19,133 nucleotides of DNA from Octopus sinensis (lineage: Eukaryota), in the NCBI RefSeq assembly GCF_006345805.1, contig NW_021824316.1, positions 1 to 19,133 on the forward strand, written 5' to 3'. Positions 7,980-18,591 of this stretch are shown in pieces. Both the position numbers and the translations under genes were made by a program. The notes under the pieces are model-generated. The model searched no databases. It worked only from the letters and a program-made list of their open reading frames with translations, and was not told the origin of the DNA. Every line of letters starts with the position of its first letter. Position 1 is the stretch's first letter.

Positions 7980-9124
7980 TAGGTGCGAGAGGTGCTGGAA
8001 GATATGATTATTTAATAAATAAAACTCTTATCTAGGAAGCACCAAATAAATTTCAATAAATCTTTAGCCCGTGTTCTCCATAAGCTTTCCTAAAATATCA
8101 TTCTATGAATCCACTTGCAGCTTCGGAGACAGCTTCAATGCGGAACTGGAATCGTAGACATGCCTCTATGAAATACTCCTTAATTGTTTTGGATAACTCC
8201 TGGTTTAAGGGGCCATGAGTAAAGCTATTGTAATAAGGGGATATGTATTGGTGTTTTTTTTTTCAATAACGCCCTAAACGTAGTTGTCCATGGAGTTAAA
8301 TCTGGAAAATATGAAGGCCACACGTTTGCTATTATATAATGATCAACATTACCTGACATTCATTGTTTGGTTACATAAGCTTTGTAAGATGTCACTGAAT
8401 GATCTTGAAATACGAATAGCCTTCCATTGCGTACTTACTCTACCTTCAGCGCCTCAACATATCCAGAAATATCAATTATTAGACTCCGGAAAAAGATGTG
8501 AGGTGGTATGACATGACCTTCGTCATTTACCACTCCTAAAACCAACACAGCTGCTGCGAACTTATTGTGTCTCACGCTTGAGACATTAGAAACATCTATA
8601 CATAACCTTCTGTCATTTCTGCCGTTTGAATTTTGGCGTTGCCCGAAATTTTTCTCATCAGAGGAAAACCAAGGCATGCCAAATCCATGAGAGTTTTATT
8701 AACCGCGTCCAGTAACACCTGGCACGGTTCAAACTGTTTTCCTGTCTGTTAGTAGACGTGTGTTGGTTTCTACTCTGTATTACGCTTAGTACTGAATATC
8801 ATCGTGCTCCGCAGCTTTGATAGTCTACTCCGGCGAGTGAAGTTATTTGGTAATGGTTCTCATTGGTGTATCCGGGACAGTCGTCGATAATTTTTGTTAC
8901 CCATAGATGAATTGCAGTGTCTGATATTACTGAATCATTCCTGCTAGAGGAACCCACTTTAATCTGAAAGTTGTGCACAAAAGACCGCGCAAAATTTATC
9001 TCAATTTCTAAATCCTTGTGTTGTGCACGTGTAGTAAAAATAACTACATATTATTTCCTTGCTTTTGTTTGAAGAGAATATTAGACAAAATATTAAGTCT
9101 TGACAAATACCCCATGCACCCCTG
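7980..9124 (-). mobile_element. Degraded Tc1/mariner DNA transposon, DD37D (maT-like)
   Basis: Internal transposase relic; candidate eroded termini TA|TAGGTGCG (7980) and TGCACCCCTG (9115-9124) resemble CAGGGTG-type ends. Boundaries uncertain. Confidence 0.6.
8098..8891 (-). pseudogene. DD37D-type transposase pseudogene
   Basis: IIDD..MRTITK*LH..HDDIQY; WFSSDEKNF (D1 8657-59); VLGVVNDEGHVIPPHIF; FVFQDHS; WPSYFPDL..D (D3 8286-88); FRIEAVSEAASGFIE*. 110 nt between the D2-aligned codon and D3 equals 37 codons minus a 1-nt deletion; many stops and frameshifts. Confidence 0.9.
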
Positions 9125-9181
9125 TTTATAGACACACATGAGCAGATCATGCATACACACACACACACATACATATACATA

Positions 9182-9309
9182 TAGCAACGTTTCCTACAAG
9201 TTTCATGAAATACCGTTCACAATCTTTTGGGTTATTTCGCACACAGACGGATAGACGGACAAACCAACGCCGATGAAAACATAACTTCTTTCCTTGGCGG
9301 AGGTAACAA
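9182..9309 (-). mobile_element. 5' part of a Helentron/DINE-1-like (HINE) non-autonomous element
   Basis: Minus: ttgttacctccgccaagga..gttatgttttcatcggcgttggtttgtccgtctatccgtctgtg..atttcatgaaacttg, the terminal palindrome, GTCY-type repeat and downstream motif typical of these elements. Confidence 0.7.
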
Positions 9310-10489
9310 GTGCAGTAATAGTTAAAATCGAAAACTGACACCAGGTGAGGACAAAAACAATACAATGCAAACAAACTAAAACCAAATATAAACAAAGCAG
9401 AATAAAAACCAGCAGCAGAAATGGTAAAATGAACAGCTATCGCAAAAACGACTACAGCAAAATCTCTAACAGAACACCTGCACAGGTGTGTGTCATGTTA
9501 TCTGAATCATTAGCATAGCAAAATGTGCAGCGTAAAAATAGGTCTATTGCTTTAGGGCCAGAAAAATAATTCAACATTATCAATTACAGACGACCTCCAC
9601 AGCTAAAGTGCTGAAGTGAAGTTAGTTTTCTCCGCCGACTGCGAAAATGCTGCTTTGGAATACTTTGTGGTTATATTACAAATAATAGTGTATTTGATGA
9701 CATAAAACACTGACGGGCATGTAAGATGCACTCCAATTTCAGCAGAACATAGTCAGGAAAAAAATGCTAAGTTCATTAAAGCTTGTAATAGTTAAAGTAT
9801 TCTATCAGTACATAACAAAACATGACAAATAAGAAAACGTTACTTTAAATAAAAAAGTTAGTTAGCAGTAGAGTTGAAAAGAAAGCAAGAATTCAGGTTA
9901 GATGGAAGAGACCACCTGGATTACAATTAGTCTATTGTAATGAGCATCGGAGGTAAAAGTAGCATATGGAGATGGCCAACATTGCATATAAGACCCCGGG
10001 TGAATTATTTGAGACATATCTTAAAGTAGGAAAAACAAAACAAAACAAAAATGCTTCTTGTATGTCACCAAATATGGTAGTCATTTTCGGCTTCATCGAA
10101 GAGTCATTCCAATAACTGGCATGGCGTTATTCCCCCAAACTCCTAATTTTTGGTGTACATATATGTTGTCTCCTCTCTCTCAGCCTTCATTTCAATGGCT
10201 TCGGCTCCATGAATATAAATGGTTTATTCCTCCTGATGTCATGCCCCTAAACTCAATGATCTCTTTTTCTCTCATTACCCACATTGCAACTTCCAAAATT
10301 CGAACTTACCAATGCGCCTGGTCATTTTTAGTCAGGACCTTGTCAATCAAGAATTTCCTCGTTGTACATATTCATCCTGATATCAGCTTATATTGTTCCA
10401 GAGAAATCTTTCGATCAAATTCCTTTATCTAAATTCAGAACGAAAATGAAGTCAACCTGATGAGTAAGGGTCGGGATGGCAAGTCGCAA

Positions 10490-10704
10490 GGCGGCGAGCT
10501 GGCAGAAATGTTAGCACGCAGGGCGAAATGCTTAGCGGTATTTCGTCTGCCGCTACGTTCTGAGTTCAAATTCCGCCAAGGTCGACTTTGAGGTTGATAA
10601 ATTAAGTAGCAGTTACGCACTAGGGTCGATCTAATCGACTTAATCCCTTTGTCTGTCCTTGTTTGTCCCCTCTATGTTTAGCCACTTGTGGGCAATAAAG
10701 AAAT
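10490..10704 (+). mobile_element. tRNA-derived SINE, near full length with a small internal deletion
   Basis: ggcggcgagctggcagaa head, B-box gagttcaaattcc, lacks the ~15-bp cttttcatcctttcg segment seen at 18655-18670, ends gtgggcaataaagaaat. Confidence 0.88.
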
Positions 10705-10722
10705 GAGAATCGTGATGACATA

Positions 10723-10795
10723 GCCGTTTTGGCGCCACTTATTTGGCGCCACTTATTTGGCGTCGCTAATTCGACGTTGATTTATTTGACACCAG
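10723..10795. repeat. 14-bp-period tandem array containing TTTGGCGC
   Basis: Cores at 10728, 10742, 10756, 10770 and 10785 with progressive decay. Confidence 0.8.
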
Positions 10796-10999
10796 GCATT
10801 TTAATTATGTTTTCATTTTAATGCTTCCCCCATTCATGCTCTCTCTCTCTCTCCCTCTGTTAAAGTGGGTGAGCATCAAATATGTTTGCATGTATGAGTA
10901 ATGTTTCTCGCTATCTCTCATCCTCTCTTTCTTTCCCCTCTTCTCCCTTGTTCACTCTATCTTTATGTGATTTCTTCAGACGAAGAAAAGTAGTACTAA

Positions 11000-11195
11000 T
11001 AGCAGCAGCAGCAGTAGTAACAGTAGTACCAGCAGAAGCAGAAGCAGCAGCAGCAGCAGTAGTAGTAGTAGTTGTAGTTGTAGTGTAGTGGGAGAAGAAG
11101 AAGAAGAAGAAGAAGAATAAGAAGAGAAGAAGAAGGAGAAGAAGAAGAAGAAGAAGAAGAAGAAGAAGAGAAGAAGAAGAACAACAACAACAACA

Positions 11196-11226
<31 letters not shown>
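11000..11226. repeat. Compound (GCA)/(GTA)/(GAA)/(AAC) trinucleotide tract
   Basis: Direct reading. Confidence 0.95.
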
Positions 11227-11227
<1 letters not shown>

Positions 11228-11253
11228 TTGAGTAGCAGGAATGCTAGTAATAT

Positions 11254-11330
11254 GTTTCTTTATTAGCCACATAGGGCTGCACACAGACGGGACAAATTAC
11301 AAGGTAGAGCTTTTCTTTTTGGGGATAAAA
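11254..11330 (-). mobile_element. SINE 3' end fragment (variant of the 10650-10704 tail)
   Basis: Minus cttgtaatttgtcccgtctgtgtgcagccctatgtggctaataaagaaa aligns to cttgtttgtcccctctatgtttagccacttgtgggcaataaagaaa. Confidence 0.65.
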
Positions 11331-11892
11331 AAAGGGTTTGTGGTTTTCGATCAAAAGGTATCGTAAAAAGAAAGCAATTGGATCATCTTTATTATATACA
11401 GCAACATTATTAAAAGCGTAAACATCATTAGACTCACAACAACGCAAAGAATAGCCCCAAGGATTTAACAGACGGGTTTTAACAGATAACAAGACAATGA
11501 CAACATCACAAGAGGAGACCCGGCAGTCAAGGCGGTAGCCGAAGTAACGTCCGTAGCATCAGGGGCGGTGTTCGTAGAAGGTGCAGTGGCAGCAACCGTG
11601 TCGACAGCAGCAAGGGTAGCAGTACGGGGGTAGCAGTAAGGGGGAGCAGCAGCAGGGTTCGCAGTACCAAAAAACCAGGTTTAACTTGATGGCGATAACA
11701 ATAAAGACATCTAAAACGCTATATATCATGAACATTAGGAATAACACAACCACCATTACAAATAACAACAACAGAAGCAACAACAACAACAACAACAGTA
11801 ACAACGACACCTATGTTACGAACAACGTCAACGGTAACAACAACTGCAAAAACTTGCCCTTAATAAAACAGCGTTGATAAACACAACAGAAG

Positions 11893-12460
<568 letters not shown>

Positions 12461-12754
12461 ACAATAATAGCAAGAACAGCAACAGAATTCGGCGTTGATG
12501 AATCGAACAAGAAACCCTTTTGTAGTGTGTCACAGACCCACACCCAAGTTGATGTCTAAATGCTTGCAGCAAGTCGTGATTCGACGAGATCAGTGTGAAA
12601 GGAAATATATCTCTTACTGGCGCAATTGAGAAATGTATTGAAACAAAATTATACAATAGCTGACTAATCTCGTAAAGTCACGTTTTAAATGAGATTCACA
12701 TATCGACAAACTTCAAAATGCACAATGAATTGCCGTTAACCAAACACAGAGCTG

Positions 12755-12928
12755 CATACACACATGCATGCATACATACATAAATACATACATACATACA
12801 TATATACATACATACATACATAAATACACACATGCATACATACATACATACATACATACATAATACATACATACATACATATATACATACATACAACATA
12901 TATATGCATATATATATATGTATGCATA

Positions 12929-13000
<72 letters not shown>

Positions 13001-13155
13001 CATACATGCGTATATCACATAATACATTTAATTATATTATACATTTATAAAGACGCACACAAAGTTATGCATGCACACGCCTTTGCATGTATATATATAT
13101 ATATGCACATTCATGTCTATATACAAACGCACACCACATCTCTCTCTCTCTCTCT

Positions 13156-13190
<35 letters not shown>

Positions 13191-13213
13191 GTGTGTGAGT
13201 ACGTGTGCATATA

Positions 13214-13275
<62 letters not shown>

Positions 13276-13500
13276 AGAGGTAGAGAGACAAAGAGAGGAA
13301 AGAGTGAGTGAGTGAGAGAGAGTGAAAGAGAGACTGATGCATAAAGAGATAGGTGGCTAGATGGATAGATGGATAGATAGATAGAGTTGCGTTAGGCTGT
13401 TTATGTGTGTGTGGTGTGTGTGTGTGTATTTGTGCTTCTGTATATGCACGTATGTGCTAATCTACGAACGCACATGCACGTATATGCACGTATACGCACA
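12755..13500. repeat. Microsatellite field: (TACA)n, (TA)n, (TG)n, (TC)n, (GA)/(GATA)n
   Basis: Direct reading. Confidence 0.9.
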
Positions 13501-13894
13501 TTCACACACCAGTTTTTGTTTTCTTCATGTTTTTCTGTATGTAAGTTTTGATAGAGATTGCATGGACGTATGACGTAGAAAAAAAGATATCTGCCAATGC
13601 GTAGATATGTTTGTATGGATATAGTATGTAATTGCGAAAACGTAGGCATGTATATCTGCAAATGGTTCGTGTCGTGGAGTGATATTCGCTATTGCTTACA
13701 CACACAGAGGAAGAAGAAAAATAATGCATTAACAACTGACATAGAAAATATTTGAATGAGAGGTGATCTTTGATAGCAACGGTTATAAGAATTTCGATGA
13801 TGATGATGATGATGATGAGGAGGAGGAGGAGGATAACAACAACAGCAAAACCAACAGCAACGATAAGAACAACGACATCAACAATACTCACCAG

Positions 13895-14019
13895 TCCTTT
13901 CTACAAGAGGCGCACGGTCTGAAAACTGGAGGAGAGGATAGTCGCTGACATCGACTCCAGTACTCAACTGGTACTTAATTTGTCGATCTCGGAAGGATAA
14001 ACGGCAAAGTCGACCTCGA
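13895..14019 (-). mobile_element. SINE 3' fragment (3177-3289 / 18592-18774 family)
   Basis: ccagtactcaactggtacttaattt.tcga..cggaaggataaacggcaaagtcgacctcg is the reverse complement of the family body. Confidence 0.8.
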
Positions 14020-14026
14020 CACTACG

Positions 14027-14028
<2 letters not shown>

Positions 14029-14091
<63 letters not shown>

Positions 14092-14124
14092 TAATAATAA
14101 TAATAATAATAATAATAATATAAT
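14029..14124. repeat. (TAA)n, tail of the adjacent minus-strand SINE
   Basis: Direct reading. Confidence 0.9.
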
Positions 14125-14355
14125 AAATGCTCAATTTTAAGCCATGCCAGGATCATAAGGGCAGGTTTCCCGCTTTTAGTGGCGTAGAAATTTCCTACCT
14201 GGACGGGACGCCGGTCTGTCACAAGATTTTTGCCAGCTGAGTGGACTGGGGCAAGGTAAACTGAAGTATTTTGCTCAAGAACACAACCCTGCCCAGGAAT
14301 CGAAACCAAAACCTTGCGATCGTGAGTTCGATACACTAACCACTAAACCACGCGC
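14124..14355 (-). mobile_element. tRNA-derived SINE (third family)
   Basis: Minus: gcgcgtggtttagtggttag (A box), gtttcgattcc (B box), gtgttcttgagcaaaatac..ccagtccactcagctggcaaaaa, gaccggcgtcccgtccagg, (TTA)n tail. Confidence 0.85.
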
Positions 14356-14411
14356 TTCTACCTCACGACCATGAGTTTAATACATATACAAACATATATA
14401 TATATATATAG

Positions 14412-14446
<35 letters not shown>

Positions 14447-14499
14447 GTGTGTGTGTATATATATATGTATATATATATGTATATATATACTTACGCGTG

Positions 14500-14620
14500 C
14501 ACGTGAGCGAAGGATTAGGCGATTCGTCTCATAATCTTAAAATCGTGAGTTCGATTCCTGGCGGAGCTTTGCATCTATGAGCACGACTCTTTATTTCATT
14601 TTGCTACAGACCACTCAACT
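14500..14620 (+). mobile_element. Diverged SINE head
   Basis: B box gagttcgattcc; tgagcacgactctttatttcattttgctacagaccactcaact matches the shared body of the 14124-14355 and 16218-16520 copies. Confidence 0.65.
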
Positions 14621-14624
14621 CGCA

Positions 14625-14976
14625 CGTTCCACATGTATTCAAGGAGGGCTTGACACCGTCCTTAAACTGAAGCCAATTTTTTTTTCCGCCGAGGGCGCAT
14701 TCTACAGGGAATTTCTTCCTAGAGCATCACCTTAATGATCTTCCCGAACATTCTTCCGAACAAAGTGTCCAGTCCAACGTAAAGTGTACTTGTACATCAT
14801 CATCTCAATACTCTGAATATCATCTCCCTTCAACATCTATTTGACTGGAGTCCGCAAAAAAAACAGTCAAATTTCATAATCTCAGACAACTCTCATAGAA
14901 GCACCAAGAGCTCTTACTTGATGCCTATAAAGGACCCATACCTAACGTCCATACACACGCACAGTACACATCATTT
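14625..14976 (-). pseudogene. Old RTE-clade LINE ORF fragment (C-terminal to RT)
   Basis: VYGR*VWVLYRHQVRAL (cf. LYGSETWTLYR), SIEMMMYKYTLRWTGHFVR (cf. LRWAGHVVR; 14756-14782), GGKKNWLQFKDGVKPSL (cf. GRPKLRFKD). Confidence 0.75.
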
Positions 14977-15334
14977 GATTTGATTTTGATTTTCCCAGTT
15001 TCAGCTCATGAGCTGTGGCCATGCTGGGGCATCGCCATTTGGTTTGCTACATGATTTTACCTCACGAATGCTTTTTAGCAACTGCCATTTGGTGCATGAG
15101 AGAGTTCGATGCAGCTGCCCTCATCTGCACCTCCTGCCGTGAAGTTGGTTCATCCGGGACACCTGACAGGAAGAGATCCAGTCCTACTTTAAAGATCTAT
15201 TTGACTGGAGTCCGCAAAAACCAGTCAAATTTCATAATCTCAGACAACTCTCATAGAAGCACCAAGAGCTCTTACTTGATGCCTATAAAGGACCCATACC
15301 TAACGTCCATACACACGCACAGTACACATCATTT
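14835..15334 (+). repeat. Direct repeat pair 14835-14976 (142 bp) and 15195-15334 (140 bp) flanking a LINE insert
   Basis: Copies are identical except at the A-run (A8C versus A5CC). Confidence 0.95.
14977..15194 (-). mobile_element. Young 5'-truncated non-LTR retrotransposon 3' end (CR1/L2/Jockey-group-like)
   Basis: Uninterrupted frame 15193-15062, FKVGLDLFLSGVPDEPTSRQEVQMRAAASNSLMHQMAVAKKHS* (LDxFL..VPDEP..RAAASNSL ORF2 C-terminus), short 3' UTR with two hairpins, (AAATC)n tail. Confidence 0.8.
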
Positions 15335-15689
15335 ATTCACAAATTACCTACATGCGTCTCTGTCTAACGTTGTATATTATATATATCTCTATTTTCTTTA
15401 TTCTAAATCTTTCTTAATCTTCTATCTAGAATTGTCGACCTCACAAATACCAGGAAAATTCAGTTAGTTGCATTATAATATTTATATCCATATTAATGCT
15501 TGTGATATTTTAAATTGCATCGTCTACATCTGCGCGTTTGTTATACTATCACTGTTATCTCCAACATGTATAATTACATAGCATATACATTCATGAAATA
15601 TTCAGCGAACGATGATATATAATAATGCTTTATGTTTATAATATAATACATACACAAAGACTGACATATACTCTGTCTCTTTCACACGC

Positions 15690-15820
15690 ACACACATGTA
15701 TTATATATGTATATATGTATGCTTATATGTATTTATATATATATGTGAATATACACACACATGTAAGCATATATTTATGCATATTTGTATGCTGGCATGT
15801 ATTTATATATATGTGTATAC

Positions 15821-15891
<71 letters not shown>

Positions 15892-16024
15892 ATATATATG
15901 TATATGTATATATATGTATGATTGTATATTTATATATATGTGTATACACACACATATACGCATGTTTGTATGTATTTATATATATGTGGATACACACATA
16001 TGTATATATGTATGTATATATGTA

Positions 16025-16071
<47 letters not shown>

Positions 16072-16210
16072 CTTGTATGTATTTATATGTGTATAAACAC
16101 ACATGTATGTATATATGCATGTATAAATGTGTATATATATATATATATATATGTATGCTTGCATGTATTAATATATACATGTGTATACACACACATATGT
16201 ATGTATGTAT
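15690..16210. repeat. Degenerate (TA)/(TATG)/(CA) microsatellite field
   Basis: Direct reading. Confidence 0.9.
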
Positions 16211-16217
16211 ATTTGTA

Positions 16218-16520
16218 AAGGCGCGCGGCTTAATGTTTAGGGTATTCAGAGTAGGATCATGAGCGGTACGCTATGTCCTTGAGCTAGACGCTTTATTTCC
16301 CGTTGCTCCAGTTCAGTCAACTGGCAAAAATGAGTTGTACCTGTATTTCAAAAGGGCCAGCCTTGCCACTGTGTTACATTGAATCTCCCCGAGAACTTCA
16401 TTCAGGGCACTCATGTCTGCGAAGTGCTCAGCCTCTTGCACGATATTTTCAGGGGCAGGCTGTTCCGTGGATCGGATCGACTAGAACACGCATCGTCGCA
16501 ACTGACGGAGTACCAAAATA
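16218..16520 (+). mobile_element. tRNA-derived SINE with B-box region deleted
   Basis: ggcgcgcggcttaatgtttagggtattc head; gtccttgagctagacgctttatttcccgttgctccagt..ctggcaaaaa body shared with 14124-14355; distinct 3' half. Confidence 0.7.
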
Positions 16521-16579
16521 AATTATAGATTCGTAGCTTTATCTCATTTACTAAATTCAGTTATTGGACTATGACTATG

Positions 16580-16760
16580 GGTGGGGTTGGGGCACTTCTT
16601 TTAAGGGTCCAGTCGATCAAATCACCCCCATTAATTATTCTTTTTAAAGCCTTGTACTTATTCAATCAGTGATATTTTTCCAAAACCACTAAGCTACAGG
16701 GATGTAAACAAGTCAACATCGGTTGTCAAGTGGTGGTAGGCAGCAAATACAAACACAAAG
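16580..16760 (-). mobile_element. Diverged 3' half of the 3984-4390 SINE family
   Basis: gtacttattc, ctaagctacagggatgtaaaca and catcggttgtcaag are collinear with 4088-4165. Confidence 0.7.
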
Positions 16761-16814
16761 ACACACACATACACGCACATGCACGCACACACTCACACAC
16801 ACATAAACTCACGC

Positions 16815-16845
<31 letters not shown>

Positions 16846-16905
16846 CACCCATGCATACATACATACATACATACATACATACATACATACATACATACAT
16901 GCATA
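16760..16905. repeat. (CA)/(TA)/(TACA)n microsatellite
   Basis: Direct reading. Confidence 0.95.
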
Positions 16906-17099
16906 CTTACAAACATGATGGCTGCAAACTCGTGTTACGACCAACCATTTTTCAAGCGATGCCTGTGAATGATGATTTTTTATTGTGGGGGGAAGGATTT
17001 GCACAAATCCAGTTCCATTCTTTGAACATGGACAACATAAACTCAGAAAGAAGAACTAATCTACTTAATCAAATATTGTTAGTATCGAAGGTTTTCTCT

Positions 17100-17417
17100 C
17101 CGATTTTACGTCTCCTAGAACGCTGTGACAACAACAGAAGGGCCTTCCACTCCCAGTGGGCCAGCCGCGCGCCTGGACACCAACCCAGTCATTTCCACGT
17201 CCCCGAGCATATGTACATGCAATATACAAGTGGCCGTTGATTACTCGTGATCTCTTCTGCCTTTGGCAGTCTTACTTTTCGTCCTGAAGGGTGTCCTACA
17301 GTCACTCCTCTCACCAAGCAAGCTTTGATGGGGTTGCTAGTTTAGTCGCCGACGACCCGACGATGTAGCAGGTTGTACTGGGTTACATGTTCCAGTAGCG
17401 CCCAATTGCGACCTGAC
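17100..17417 (-). mobile_element. GC-elevated segment, possibly the 5' UTR of an RTE-like LINE or another interspersed repeat
   Basis: Sharp boundary against (CATA)n at 17417, CpG-rich and hairpin-rich; family assignment is from vague resemblance only. Confidence 0.3.
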
Positions 17418-18046
17418 ATACATACATACAAACACACATGTACAAGCACACCGCACGCACAGTTTACCACTCCATTGCTGGTAGATTAAAAAAACAATGT
17501 ACTCCATTCCGGGTGAGATAAATATTTAATAAACACAGAATTTAAATGTGAACAACGATAAATTTCATGCTTTAATAGTACAGAAACCGGACAGGCTTAT
17601 ATAATGTAGCATGTGTTATCCTACAATCCTCGAAGCTCATCGCACTTAACTGATGAACGTAGGCGATTAAACTGCTAAATAAAGCAGCTACTTCCATAAA
17701 AATTTGCGCTGTATGTATTGAAAAATGACAATTTGATCGATGGATTCATTGTCATATGAGAAATGATGTCGTTCAAAACTGGTGGTTAAAGGTATCGTCA
17801 AACATATACACGGAAATAATAAGATTTGAAATTATTTCGCTGATTAGTTGCGTAAAAATTTCGCTATTTTTGATTTAAAAAGGGACACCAAAAACGCAGT
17901 ACTTTTTCTCTTCACGGAATGTGTATTTGTCGAAACCAAGGAACGCCATTTTATTCATTGTTGCATTTGGTCTGAATTGAGAACACTATTGATCGGGATA
18001 TGTCTGTTTGATGAAAGAAAACTTTGGATTATACAACAAAAACAAC

Positions 18047-18048
18047 TG

Positions 18049-18112
<64 letters not shown>
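18047..18112. repeat. (CTA)n microsatellite
   Basis: Direct reading. Confidence 0.95.
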
Positions 18113-18591
18113 ACTAAATGCTATAACTTAACTATTTAATCATAGGAGAACAGACAAACGCATAGATTCTTTTGCCAAACCTAATGTTTCCTGTTCAATT
18201 ACAAAGCGTAGATTAATTGTTCTTATATGTTTAAACGACTTTCTTGATAATAGAATAAATGTGTAAATAATTTAATTGAAATAGGTCAGTATAGATAGTA
18301 TTTAATTCCGTATTGATTGCCATATTTGTAATCTCGACTCTTCGCATAAAAGAATTGCCAGAAGAGAAGAGATCGGAAGTTTTGTTAGCTTCCAAGATTC
18401 CACTGAAATATATCACTGCACAATGAGTAAAATCTTTTTTCGGTTTATCACATTCATTATGTCTGTGACCGTAGTTTCTACTTTGTAATCATTAGGAAAG
18501 CTTCATGTTCCAAGATTTTCTGATTCTCAAGTAAAAAATTTCTATAACTTTTACACGTTCTCCGTTGTTTATCCACACACACACATACAAA

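Noticed and set aside
10457-10470. CTGATGAG hammerhead-core-like word
   Set aside because: No stem II or downstream GAAA, and the upstream GAAA..GUC does not form stems I and III
10723-10795. CRISPR-like array
   Set aside because: Tandem 14-bp units without unique spacers; eukaryotic context and no cas genes
11465-11680. Ala/Thr-rich open frame on minus with a hydrophobic end (mucin/GPI-like)
   Set aside because: No ATG or acceptor, bounded by an upstream stop; composition fits decayed GCT/ACT triplet repeats
14280-14355. tRNA-like sequence (A and B boxes); similar heads at 4330-4390 and 10490-10575
   Set aside because: These are SINE heads continuing into SINE bodies; no complete cloverleaf, so not called as tRNA genes
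14835-15334. LTR retroelement or solo-LTR interpretation of the direct repeats
   Set aside because: No TG..CA ends, PBS or PPT; the repeats are part of an RTE fossil and the insert has a LINE-type tail
17650-17675. CTGATGAACGTAGGCG, similar to the 2542 core
   Set aside because: Lacks GAAAC and stem I; probably chance
18231-18410. TTTCAG acceptor plus a 60-codon frame on minus
   Set aside because: No donor and no recognisable protein; weak pyrimidine tract
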